The notes below the pieces were generated by a model. The model was not told the DNA's origin. It searched no databases and saw only the letters and a list, made by a program, of their open reading frames with translations. Positions 54,661 to 64,000 of a stretch of 64,000 nt of DNA are shown here, piece by piece (positions within the stretch are counted from its first letter, which is position 1; each line of letters opens with the position of its first letter). The translations under genes and the position numbers were made by a program. This DNA is from an uncultured Bacilli bacterium (GTDB taxonomy: Bacteria; Bacillota_I; Bacilli_A; RF39; UBA660): positions 266 to 64,265 of the forward strand of contig CANRFG010000004.1 in assembly GCA_947629815.1 (NCBI GenBank), read 5' to 3'.

Positions 54661-57150
54661 ATGTTAAAACGTGAATATAAAAACATATTAATATTATTTT
54701 TAATTTTACTTTTAATAATAGTAATACCAACAGGATTCAATTTATTTGGGTCAGATACTGATTGGTTAAATCAACATACAATATTCCCAGAATACTTTAG
54801 ACAACTTTTTTACGATACAGGTAATTTAATACCTAATTTTTCATTAAATTATGGAGCTGGGCAAAATATGTTTAATTTTGCTTATTATGGATTATTAAAC
54901 CCTATAATACTAATTTCATATTTATTGCCTTTTATAGAAATGCGTTACTATATTATAGGAATAAATATAATTATATTATTTGTATCAATAGTTTTATTTT
55001 ATAAATGGCTTAGAAGTAATGAATTTACATCAAAATTATCTTTAATTACATCAATAATATTTATAACAGCAGGACCGATTATATTTCAAATGCATAGACA
55101 TATAATGTTTGTAAATTATATACCTTTTTTACTACTTGGACTTATAGGAACAGATTCATACATAAATAAAAATAAAAAAATATTACTTATAATAAGTGTA
55201 TTTTTAATGATAATGACAAGCTTTTATTATAGTGTAGGTGGAATAATTGTACTTATTTGTTACTTTATATTCAAAAAAATAAAAGTAAGAAAAAAAATAA
55301 ATATGAAATTATTTTTAAAAGAAATTTTATTTTATGTTTTAAATATATTAGTTTCAATACTTATGAGTTCAATACTTTTATTACCTGTCTTTTATACAAT
55401 ATTACAAACTAGAATAGGTAGTAATTATGATTTACTTAGTTTATTTATAATTGATATTGAACCTACTAAAATATTATATGGAGCATATTCGTTAGGACTA
55501 ACAGCTATCGCATTTATTTCTATATTATGGTTTATATATGTAAAGAAAAAAAATTATAGATTTTTAGGAATTACTTTATTTTTAATATTTTTTATTCCAA
55601 TATTTACATGTCTATTAAATGGAGGGCTTTATTTTAGAGCAAAAGTATTTATACCATTTATACCGCTTGTATGTATGATGATAGGACTATTTTTAAAAAA
55701 TTTAACTGAAAATAAAATAAAAATAGAAAATTTTGTAATATTTTTGTTTATCGCAAACATTTTAGTGCTAGCTAGTCAAACAGATTCAATATTATATTAT
55801 CTTGACTTTTTTGTATTTATATTAATATTAATATTATTTAAAAGATTCAAAAGACCATATATAGTTTATATACCTGTTGTTTTATTAAGTTTATTTTCTG
55901 GTTTTTATATGAATTTTACAGAAGATTATGTGAGTTTTGATGAATATGATAAAATATTCAATATAGATTCTAAAACATTATTAAAAGATATAGATACAAA
56001 CTATAGAGTAAACAATTTAGTTAATTCAAATTATACAGTAAATAAAATATATAATTCAAAATACTATACAACAAATATATATTCATCAACATATAATAAT
56101 AAATATTATAATTTTGTCAGAAATGAATTTAATGTAAGCAATCCATATTATAATAGTTTCCTATTAGGCTCAACTAATAATATATTATTTGATACATATA
56201 TGGGAAATAAATATTTAATAAGTGATATAGATACTAACCTAATTGGATATAATTTAAAAAATGAAGTTGATGGAATAAAACTATATGAAAATAAAAATGT
56301 ATTACCACTTGGATTTGTAAATAGTAATATGATGAGTGAAGAATATTATAATAATTTAGAATATCCATACAATTTAGAAGCACTTATAAATAATACAATA
56401 GTAGATAAAGAAGTTGATGGTAAATATGATACAAGTATAGAAAAAGTTAATTTACGATATACAAGTAAAAAACAAGGAATAAAAATGCGCAAATCTACAT
56501 CTAGATATACAATAACAGTAGAAGAAAAAGGAACAATAGATATAAAATTAAATAGACCCCTTGAAAATAAAATATTGATTATTTCTTTTGATGGAGTAAA
56601 ACCAAATGATTGTTCACAAAAAGAAGTAGCAATTACAATAAATGGAATAAAAAATAGTATTACTTGTGATACATGGATTTATCCAAATAATAACAATACG
56701 TTTCATTATGTAATATCAGAACAAAATTTACAAAATATTAAAGTAGAATTTAGTAAAGGCAATTTTATTATAGAAAATTTAAATGTTTATACTCTTGATT
56801 ATGATAAAATAATAAAAGATTATGATAAATTTAATATATCACAAATTAAAGATAATAAAATAGAAGGAACAATAAATGTAACAAAAAAAGGTTACTTTAA
56901 TTTGACAATACCATATGACAAAGGTTTTACAATATATGTAGATGATAAAAAAACAGATTATGAATTAGTAAACAAAGCTTTTATTGGTTTTCCAATAGAA
57001 GAAGGAGAACATACAATAAAAATAATATACAATTCTCCATTATTGTTACAAGGAAAAATATTATCTTTAATTGGATTTATTATATTTTTGGGTATTATTG
57101 GAAAAGAAGTAGAAGTTGGTAAATATTTTAAGAAAGTGAAGTGGAAGTAA
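54661..57150 (+). CDS. YfhO-family membrane glycosyltransferase-like protein
   Basis: About 830 aa. N-terminal ~420 aa carry 12+ TMs. Large extracytoplasmic C-terminal domain and final TM. AGAGGTG RBS at ATG 54661. Confidence 0.55.
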   Translation: MLKREYKNILILFLILLLIIVIPTGFNLFGSDTDWLNQHTIFPEYFRQLFYDTGNLIPNFSLNYGAGQNMFNFAYYGLLNPIILISYLLPFIEMRYYIIGINIIILFVSIVLFYKWLRSNEFTSKLSLITSIIFITAGPIIFQMHRHIMFVNYIPFLLLGLIGTDSYINKNKKILLIISVFLMIMTSFYYSVGGIIVLICYFIFKKIKVRKKINMKLFLKEILFYVLNILVSILMSSILLLPVFYTILQTRIGSNYDLLSLFIIDIEPTKILYGAYSLGLTAIAFISILWFIYVKKKNYRFLGITLFLIFFIPIFTCLLNGGLYFRAKVFIPFIPLVCMMIGLFLKNLTENKIKIENFVIFLFIANILVLASQTDSILYYLDFFVFILILILFKRFKRPYIVYIPVVLLSLFSGFYMNFTEDYVSFDEYDKIFNIDSKTLLKDIDTNYRVNNLVNSNYTVNKIYNSKYYTTNIYSSTYNNKYYNFVRNEFNVSNPYYNSFLLGSTNNILFDTYMGNKYLISDIDTNLIGYNLKNEVDGIKLYENKNVLPLGFVNSNMMSEEYYNNLEYPYNLEALINNTIVDKEVDGKYDTSIEKVNLRYTSKKQGIKMRKSTSRYTITVEEKGTIDIKLNRPLENKILIISFDGVKPNDCSQKEVAITINGIKNSITCDTWIYPNNNNTFHYVISEQNLQNIKVEFSKGNFIIENLNVYTLDYDKIIKDYDKFNISQIKDNKIEGTINVTKKGYFNLTIPYDKGFTIYVDDKKTDYELVNKAFIGFPIEEGEHTIKIIYNSPLLLQGKILSLIGFIIFLGIIGKEVEVGKYFKKVKWK

Positions 57151-57425
57151 TGTCAAAGTATTGTTCTGATTGTACATATTTTAATCCAAATGATAAGAAA
57201 GCACCAGGTTATTGCAAATGCTCCAAAATAGGTAAAAATGTTTTTGGAAATCAACCAAGATGTGAGAAATTTTCTGAAGCTTATGCAAGAGGATGGTATG
57301 AAAAAGAAAAGCTATATGATGACGCAATAGAAACGCAAAAAAAGGGAAGTGATTCAAATATACCATTTATATTTGGAATACTATTATTTGTTTTCGCACT
57401 TATTATTTTCTTTTTCTTTACTTAA
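57150..57425 (+). CDS. Small zinc-ribbon protein with C-terminal TM
   Basis: CSDC...CKC...C motif. Start overlaps the yfhO-like stop. Confidence 0.4.
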   Translation: MSKYCSDCTYFNPNDKKAPGYCKCSKIGKNVFGNQPRCEKFSEAYARGWYEKEKLYDDAIETQKKGSDSNIPFIFGILLFVFALIIFFFFT

Positions 57426-57489
57426 ACCTTGAAATAAAATTAGTTTATGATATAATACTTAATAGTTAAAAGTTATGACGAAAAAGTAG

Positions 57490-57678
57490 TAATAAAATAA
57501 GTTATTTAAAGAGAGCTAGTGTAGGTGTGAATCTAGTAATAACATTTTATGAATTCATTTTCTGAACTTTATAATGCAAAGTTATAACGGTAACGCGTTT
57601 TAGTTAATGAGGTAGTATAATCTACGAATTAAGGTGGTACCACGTAATCACGTCCTTATAATAGGATGTGATTTTTTT
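57490..57678 (+). promoter_or_regulatory. T-box riboswitch leader for pheST
   Basis: T-box sequence aattaaggtggtaccacg (57627-57644). Terminator atcacgtcc-ttataata-ggatgtgat plus T6. Upstream extended -10 TGaTATAAT. Confidence 0.75.
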
Positions 57679-57692
57679 AATAGGAGGATATT

Positions 57693-58730
57693 ATGAATAA
57701 TGAAGAAATATTAAAAGAATTAGAACAAAAAATTAAGAAAGTTACAAATCTAAATGAATTAAATGATGTAAAAATAGAGTATTTGAGTAAAAAAGGTATT
57801 ATTAGTTCTTTAACTAGTAAATTATCTTCTTTGCCTGTTGAAGAAAAGAAAAGTTTTGGTGCGAAATTAAATGAATTAAAAGATAAAGCATCAACTATGA
57901 TAGAAGAAAAAAGAAGTGAAATAGAAACAAAATTATTAAATGAAAAATTAAATAATGAAAGTATTGATATAACACTTCCATCAACAAAAATACCTTCGGG
58001 TGTTCCTAATATATTAGAAAAAATAGTAGAAGAAGTAGAAGATTTATTAATGTCTATGGGATATGATGTAGTAGATGGACCTGAGATAGAAGAAGATAAA
58101 TTTAACTTCGAACTTTTAAATATACCAAAAGGACACCCAGCTCGTGATGCACAAGATACATTTTACATAAAAGATGAGGAAATATTACTTCGTAGTCAAA
58201 CTTCACCTGTACAAGCTCGTACTATGCTTGAAGGAAAAGGAGAAGTTCCAATAAGAATGATTTGTCCTGGAAAAACATATAGAAGAGATGATGATGACGC
58301 AACACATTCACATCAATTCATGCAAATAGAAGGCCTACTTGTAGATAAAAATGTAAGTTTGTCAGATTTAAAAGGAACTTTTGATTTAATAGCTAAAAGA
58401 TTATTTGGTGATGATTGTAAAACAAGATTTAGACCAAGTTATTATCAATTTACAGAACCATCAGTAGAAACAGATATAAGTTGCTTTAATTGTCATGGAC
58501 AAGGTTGTAATATTTGTAAAAACACAGGCTGGATTACAGTTGCAGGAGCAGGTATAGTTCACCCCAATGTATTAAGAAATTGTGGATATGACCCTGATGT
58601 TTGGACAGGTTTTGCTTTTGGTTTTGGCGCTGAAAGACTTGCAATGTTGAAATATGGAATAAACGATATAAGAACATTTTATTCAACAGATTTAAGAGAA
58701 GTAAAAACATTTGATAGAAAGGACATGTAA
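57693..58730 (+). CDS. pheS: Phenylalanyl-tRNA synthetase alpha subunit
   Basis: Class II motifs (FRPSYYQFTEPS, GAGIVHPNVL, GFAFGFGAERLAM). Confidence 0.9.
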   Translation: MNNEEILKELEQKIKKVTNLNELNDVKIEYLSKKGIISSLTSKLSSLPVEEKKSFGAKLNELKDKASTMIEEKRSEIETKLLNEKLNNESIDITLPSTKIPSGVPNILEKIVEEVEDLLMSMGYDVVDGPEIEEDKFNFELLNIPKGHPARDAQDTFYIKDEEILLRSQTSPVQARTMLEGKGEVPIRMICPGKTYRRDDDDATHSHQFMQIEGLLVDKNVSLSDLKGTFDLIAKRLFGDDCKTRFRPSYYQFTEPSVETDISCFNCHGQGCNICKNTGWITVAGAGIVHPNVLRNCGYDPDVWTGFAFGFGAERLAMLKYGINDIRTFYSTDLREVKTFDRKDM

Positions 58731-58731
58731 T

Positions 58732-61104
58732 ATGATTAGTTTAGATTGGGTTAAAGATTATATAGATTTAGAAAATGAAGATTTAAAAGAATTGGCTGTA
58801 AAAGTAACACAAGCAGGAGTTAATGTAGAAAAAGTAATAACTAATCATATAGATAATTTAGTTATAGGAAAAGTTATTGAATGTTATGCTCATCCGGATA
58901 GTGACCATCTTCATATATGTAAAGTAGATGTTGGAAATGAAACTTTACAAATTGTTTGCGGCGCTCCTAATGTTAGAGAAGGTATAAAGGTTATAGTTGC
59001 GCTTCCAGGTGCAGTTTTACCAGGAGATTTTGAAATCAAAAAAGGAAAAATTCGTGGTGAAGAGTCTAATGGAATGATATGTGCTTTATTTGAACTTGGT
59101 TTAGAAGAAAAAACAGAAGAAAATTATAACAAAGGTATACATGAATTAGGAAATGATGCGATAGTTGGTTCTAATCCTTTTGAATATTTAGGTTTAGAAG
59201 ATACTTTATATGAATTAGATGTACATAAACATCGTAACAATGACTGTTATTATCATATTGGTTTTGCTTATGAAATCGCTTCTATATTAAATAAAAAAGT
59301 AACACTTCCTTCTACATCATCAAATAGTATTAGTGATGACATTAAAAATCATTTTGAGTTATCAGTAGAAACAAATAAATGCCCATACTATTTAGCTAAA
59401 ATGGTTACAGATGTTAAAGTAAAAGAATCTCCAGAATTTATTAAAAGAAGATTATCATCTGCAGGAATGCGTTCTATCAATAATGTAGTAGATATATCAA
59501 ATTATGTAATGTTAGAATTTGGTCAACCTTTACATTTCTTTGACAAAGACAAATTAGGTAATAAGGTAGTTGTAAGAGATGCTAAAGAAAAAGAAGAAAT
59601 TGTAACTTTAGATGGAAAAAATAGAATTTTAAAATCAAGTGATATTGTTATCACTGATGGAGTAAAACCTGTTTGTATAGCTGGTGTTATGGGTGGAGAA
59701 AATACAGAAGTAGATGAAAATACAAAAACAATTTTAATAGAAAGTGCGATATTTGACGCTACTAGTATAAGATATACTGCAAATAATTTAAATTTAAAAA
59801 GTGAAGCTTCAATTCGTTATGGTAAAGGTTTAAATTATGAATATACCGATTTAGCGATTAATAGAGCTTGTCATTTGTTAGAAAAATATGCAGATGCTAA
59901 AGTACTTTCTGGTATTGTAAAACACGATAAAGTCGATAAAACTCCTAAAAAAGTTTCATTTACAAATAAAGATATAAATTCTATATTAGGTATTGAAATA
60001 AGTTTAGAAGATGTAAAAAAAGAACTTGAAAGATTAGATTTTGATTATAAAGTAAATAATGGTGTTTTTGAGGTTACTATACCTAATAGAAGACTTGATA
60101 TTGACCCTAATGTAAATGATATTGCAGAGGAAATAGGTAGATTATATGGATATCATAATTTAGTATCTACTTTACCTATTGCAAGTATTAAAAAGGGTGA
60201 ATATAAAGGTGATGTAAAATATAGGAAAATGATTTCTAAAAGACTTAGAAGTTTAGGCATAAATGAGTCAAAAACTTATACTTTAGTATCACCTGAGATG
60301 TCTAAGTTATTTAAATATGATAATAAAGATAATGTAGTTTTGCCAAATCCTATGAGTGTAGATAAATCTATTGTAAGAACTACTATATTACCATCTTTAT
60401 TAAATGTTTATGAGTATAACAAAGCAAGAAAAGTAAAAGATGTTTTAATATATGAAATAAGTAAGACTTATGATTCTACACTTACTGAAGAAACTAAAAT
60501 AGCTATTTTAATGAAAGGAAATTATATAACTAATAGTTGGCAAAATAATAGTGTTAAAGTCGATTTTTATTTAGTGAAAGGCATAGTTGAAAATATACTT
60601 GATTATCTTGGACTTAAAAATAGATATTCATTTGAAAAAGATACTATACCTGATTTACATCCAGGCATTTGTGCGAATGTAATTCTTGATAAAGAAAAAG
60701 TAGGAATAATTGGTAGAGTTCATCCAACTTTAAAGAAAGATGAAATTTATGTATGTGAGTTATCACTTACTAAACTTATTAAAACTGTAAAACCAATTAA
60801 ATATAAACAAGCATCAAGATATCCAGAAATTGTTAAAGATTTAGCTTTTATAGTAGATGAAAATGTAACTTCACAACAATTAGTTAATCAAATTAAAAAA
60901 TCTGGTGGAAGACTTTTAACTGATATTGATGTTTTTGATGTATATGTTGGTGAAAATATAGAAAAAGGTAAAAAATCTATTGCTTATTCTTTAACTTTTA
61001 GCGATCCATCTCGTACACTTAATGATTTAGAAGTAACAGAAATATTTAATAAAATAATAGATGAAGTACAAGAAAAATGTAATGCAAAAATAAGAGATAA
61101 TTAG
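58732..61104 (+). CDS. pheT: Phenylalanyl-tRNA synthetase beta subunit
   Basis: N-terminal tRNA-binding domain, B3/4, B5 and C-terminal FDX-ACB domains. Immediately follows pheS. Confidence 0.9.
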   Translation: MISLDWVKDYIDLENEDLKELAVKVTQAGVNVEKVITNHIDNLVIGKVIECYAHPDSDHLHICKVDVGNETLQIVCGAPNVREGIKVIVALPGAVLPGDFEIKKGKIRGEESNGMICALFELGLEEKTEENYNKGIHELGNDAIVGSNPFEYLGLEDTLYELDVHKHRNNDCYYHIGFAYEIASILNKKVTLPSTSSNSISDDIKNHFELSVETNKCPYYLAKMVTDVKVKESPEFIKRRLSSAGMRSINNVVDISNYVMLEFGQPLHFFDKDKLGNKVVVRDAKEKEEIVTLDGKNRILKSSDIVITDGVKPVCIAGVMGGENTEVDENTKTILIESAIFDATSIRYTANNLNLKSEASIRYGKGLNYEYTDLAINRACHLLEKYADAKVLSGIVKHDKVDKTPKKVSFTNKDINSILGIEISLEDVKKELERLDFDYKVNNGVFEVTIPNRRLDIDPNVNDIAEEIGRLYGYHNLVSTLPIASIKKGEYKGDVKYRKMISKRLRSLGINESKTYTLVSPEMSKLFKYDNKDNVVLPNPMSVDKSIVRTTILPSLLNVYEYNKARKVKDVLIYEISKTYDSTLTEETKIAILMKGNYITNSWQNNSVKVDFYLVKGIVENILDYLGLKNRYSFEKDTIPDLHPGICANVILDKEKVGIIGRVHPTLKKDEIYVCELSLTKLIKTVKPIKYKQASRYPEIVKDLAFIVDENVTSQQLVNQIKKSGGRLLTDIDVFDVYVGENIEKGKKSIAYSLTFSDPSRTLNDLEVTEIFNKIIDEVQEKCNAKIRDN

Positions 61105-61158
61105 TTTTTTACAAAAATAAGGATAGTAATTCAATTATTTGTATAAAATTTTATTTTA

Positions 61159-61188
61159 ACTTCACTTTAATAAGTGAAGTTCTATTTT
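61159..61188 (+). terminator. Intrinsic terminator after pheT
   Basis: aacttcactt-taat-aagtgaagtt followed by a T-rich run. Confidence 0.5.
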
Positions 61189-61285
61189 GTATAGAAATAT
61201 TTTATATAATTTTTAATATAGCAAAAACAAAATTAATTTTTCTTTTTTTTATAATAATGTTATAATAAAAATGAGGAGAATAAAC

Positions 61286-62425
61286 ATGAAAATATTAGTT
61301 ATACCAAGTTGGTATCCAAGTGAAACAAATAAAGTATGGGGAAATTATTTTATAAAGCAAGCAGAAGCTTTAAATAATTATGTAGAAGTATCATTTTTAA
61401 ACATAAATAGAGTTGGAATAAAAGAATTCAGTAAATTATTTAAAGAAAAAAAACAAGATGGATATACTAATAAAAAATATCCATTCCATTTTTATCAAAA
61501 ATCAATATTAAATGTTAAAGGAATAAATTTAGAATGGTCGTATAAAAAGTATCAAAAAGCTGCATATAAAGCATATAAAAAATTAGAAAAGAAAATAGGA
61601 AGAGTAGATATAATACTAGTAGAATCAATTTTACCTGCTGGTCTTGGAGCATTATATATATCAAAAAAAGAAAATATACCTTATATAATACATCATCATA
61701 GTAAAGATGTACTTACAAATCCACTATATGTAAAATATGATGCAGAAATAATAAAAAACGCTAAATACTGTATGGTGGTACAAGATGAAATAAAAGATGT
61801 TATAGAGTCTTATGGTAAAAAATGTGAAATAATTCCAAACTATATAGATGTAGAAAAATTTAAAATAAAACAAAATAAAAATAAAAATTTTACATTAATA
61901 AATATTTGTAATTTTTATAAAGTAAAAGCATTAGAAATACTATTACAAGCATTAAGTAAAGTAATTTATGAAGATAATATAAAAGATATAAGATTGAACA
62001 TAGTTGGAACAGGGGATTATGAATCATATTATAAAAATGTTTGTAATGAATTAAAATTAAATAAATATGTACAATTTTTAGGTTATATTCCTAATGAAAA
62101 TATACCAAATATAATATCAAAAAGTGATTGTTTATGCGTTTCAAGTAGAAAAGAAACCTTTTGTATTCCAATATTAGAAGCATTTGCAAGTGGTAAACCT
62201 GTAATAACTACTGCATGTGGTGGGCCAAATAAATTAGTAAATGAAAAAAGAGGAATAAAAGTAGAAATAGATGATGTAGAAGGTTATAGAACTGCTATCA
62301 AAAAAATGAAAAAAAGTCATGAAAAGTATGATTCAGAACAATTAAGAAAATTTGTTTATGATAACTATGATAAAGAAGTTGTATGTAAAAAAATAATTAA
62401 TATATGTAAAAAGGTTATTCAATAA
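61286..62425 (+). CDS. Family 4 glycosyltransferase
   Basis: GT4 C-terminal EAFASGKPVITTACGGPNKLV. GAGGAG RBS at ATG 61286. Confidence 0.75.
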   Translation: MKILVIPSWYPSETNKVWGNYFIKQAEALNNYVEVSFLNINRVGIKEFSKLFKEKKQDGYTNKKYPFHFYQKSILNVKGINLEWSYKKYQKAAYKAYKKLEKKIGRVDIILVESILPAGLGALYISKKENIPYIIHHHSKDVLTNPLYVKYDAEIIKNAKYCMVVQDEIKDVIESYGKKCEIIPNYIDVEKFKIKQNKNKNFTLINICNFYKVKALEILLQALSKVIYEDNIKDIRLNIVGTGDYESYYKNVCNELKLNKYVQFLGYIPNENIPNIISKSDCLCVSSRKETFCIPILEAFASGKPVITTACGGPNKLVNEKRGIKVEIDDVEGYRTAIKKMKKSHEKYDSEQLRKFVYDNYDKEVVCKKIINICKKVIQ

Positions 62426-62433
62426 TGAATAAC

Positions 62434-63129
62434 CTATTCTTTTGACATACATTTAACATAAGTATCATATGCTTTTTCTTCTAGTGAAAAATCAAATTTT
62501 TTAAATTTAAAACTTTTATCCTTTTCTAAAACTAATTTTGTAATTATATATTTAAGTAAATCAGTATTTCTAATTAATATTGGACCTAATAAGTAAGTTG
62601 CATAAAAGTTTTTATAATGAATTCCTTCTTTAATATTATTTTTATCTTTAAACATAGGATTATATTTATTGTTATCTATAATACAATCATGATTTTCAAA
62701 ACCTATTATAGATTTTTTTATAAATTCACATTTTAAAGTACATTCTTTTACAATTCTTTTATCTTGTTTAATACTTTCATAATTAAAAATATTTAAACAA
62801 TTAATTTTATCATTATCTATTATTTGTTTTCCAAATAATTCAATACTATTACCTGTTGCGAATAAAAATTTATTATTTTCAATATATTTTGTAATTTCAT
62901 CTTTATATTTCATTAAATGTGATAAAGCTAGTTTTTGATTATTTTCAGTACCAGAACCTATATAAACAAAATCATATTTTTCAAAATTTAAGTTATCATT
63001 TATTGATAAATTTAAAACATTAACTTTAATATTTTGATTTTCAAGATTTTTTACTAAAGCTTTTATATTACCACTATCACCATAAAGATTAAGCAAATCA
63101 TAATAAAGGTTAGCTATAGTTATTTTCAT
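62434..63129 (-). CDS. gatD: Lipid II isoglutaminyl synthase glutaminase subunit GatD (CobB/CobQ-like GATase)
   Basis: LNLYGDSGNI, GFENHD and KEGIHYKN...GPIL align with S. aureus GatD. Confidence 0.8.
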   Translation of the reverse strand: MKITIANLYYDLLNLYGDSGNIKALVKNLENQNIKVNVLNLSINDNLNFEKYDFVYIGSGTENNQKLALSHLMKYKDEITKYIENNKFLFATGNSIELFGKQIIDNDKINCLNIFNYESIKQDKRIVKECTLKCEFIKKSIIGFENHDCIIDNNKYNPMFKDKNNIKEGIHYKNFYATYLLGPILIRNTDLLKYIITKLVLEKDKSFKFKKFDFSLEEKAYDTYVKCMSKE

Positions 63130-64000
63130 TATTTATCACATCCATTCATTAAATTAGTAAATGGTATTACATAATCAAAATTTAGTATTGCATATATATT
63201 TCCATTAGTGTTTTTCTTTATATAATCAGTTGCTTCATCCAAAGTTTGTATAACTTTTATTTTTTTATTATCTATATTTGCATATTTTATTCTTGTTGCT
63301 ATATCATATCTATTTGGACCAACACATATGATTTTATCCATATCATGTTTTTTTAGTAATTCAAATTCTATATCATATAACCAAGATAAATCATCAAAAT
63401 TATATCTTCTACTGATTTCTTTCCAACCAATTATTATAGTTTTTTTATCTTTTTTTTCATCTAAAAATAATAAAGATTGATTAAATGAAGCAGAGTTTTC
63501 ATTTTTATTATTAAGTATAAAACATTTTCTATTATTAAATTCATAAAATCCATATGTTGTTTTTTTATTTGAAGATAAATACTTACATATTTCATTTTCA
63601 TTTATTCCAATAAGAGATAATGTAGTATATGCAGCAAGTGTATTATATGCTGAATAAAGTATATCACTACAATTATTAATTGTGTATTTATCGTTTATAA
63701 TTAATTCGTTTTTATCATAATTTAATTTAGTAGCAAGAAAATCTATTTTAGGTGTCTTAAAATCACAATTACTACAATAATAATTACCTAAATATTCAAA
63801 ATTATAAAAATTATAATTTAATTTTGAACTACATCTAGGACAATAATTTATATTTAAATTGGAAAATTTATTTTTAGTGTATGAGTATTTATTTTTATCT
63901 ATTCCATAATATGTAATTTTAAAATTTTTTTCAAGGTTAAATTTTTGTAAATAAGGGTCATCACCATTTAATATTAGATGCATATCATTAGTTAATGCTT
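63129..64000 (-). CDS. murT: Lipid II isoglutaminyl synthase MurT (partial, runs off the window end)
   Basis: LILNGDDP and Cys4 ribbon CPRCS...CSNCDF. C-terminal DUF1727-like. The ORF stays open through 64000, so the N-terminal Mur ligase domain lies outside the window. Confidence 0.7.
   Translation of the reverse strand, partial: ALTNDMHLILNGDDPYLQKFNLEKNFKITYYGIDKNKYSYTKNKFSNLNINYCPRCSSKLNYNFYNFEYLGNYYCSNCDFKTPKIDFLATKLNYDKNELIINDKYTINNCSDILYSAYNTLAAYTTLSLIGINENEICKYLSSNKKTTYGFYEFNNRKCFILNNKNENSASFNQSLLFLDEKKDKKTIIIGWKEISRRYNFDDLSWLYDIEFELLKKHDMDKIICVGPNRYDIATRIKYANIDNKKIKVIQTLDEATDYIKKNTNGNIYAILNFDYVIPFTNLMNGCDK

Noticed and set aside
57426-57692. Possible small RNA or ORF between yfhO-like and pheS
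   Set aside because: Fully explained by the Phe T-box leader (T-box core plus terminator/antiterminator).

Overview
This is a very AT-rich (about 25% GC) chromosomal segment from a spore-forming Firmicute. Three things point to a Bacilli/Erysipelotrichia-like lineage (inference): Bacillus-type synteny yabG-veg-spoVG...yabP-yabQ-divIC, an RNA polymerase delta subunit, and both PolC and DnaE. Most of the window is core housekeeping:
- DNA replication: dnaE, polC, polA.
- Translation: serS, argS, pheS/pheT behind a T-box leader, prfA, prfB with its programmed +1 frameshift, prmC, rpmB, trmB.
- Cell division and envelope: ftsEX, class A PBP, murT/gatD, GT2/GT4/YfhO glycosyltransferases.
- Sporulation: yabG, veg, spoVG, yabP, yabQ, divIC, gerQ.

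The accessory content is the interesting part:
1. Between an ASCH-domain operon and an orphan rnfCD pair lies a tandemly duplicated ~460-bp module. It looks like a previously unannotated type I toxin-antitoxin pair: convergent sRNA plus a 30-aa hydrophobic KK-terminated peptide, with compensatory changes in a shared bidirectional terminator.
2. A class I aminoacyl-tRNA-synthetase catalytic-domain paralog is co-operonic with three ASCH (PUA-like) domains.
3. Downstream of serS, the serS 3' end plus its terminator is repeated four times, delimiting three small cargo islets: a degraded AAA ATPase pseudogene, a Fic protein, and an AlbA_2/HATPase_c_4 regulator preceded by 3x12-bp iterons.
4. A tandem pair of paralogous N/Q-rich single-pass surface proteins share near-identical 5' ends but carry swapped Cys-rich ectodomains. 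The second copy has a G9 homopolymer in its -35/-10 spacer, a candidate phase-variation switch.
5. Psp-associated YdjG/YdjH/YdjI-like modules are split across two loci, one inserted between prfA and prmC.
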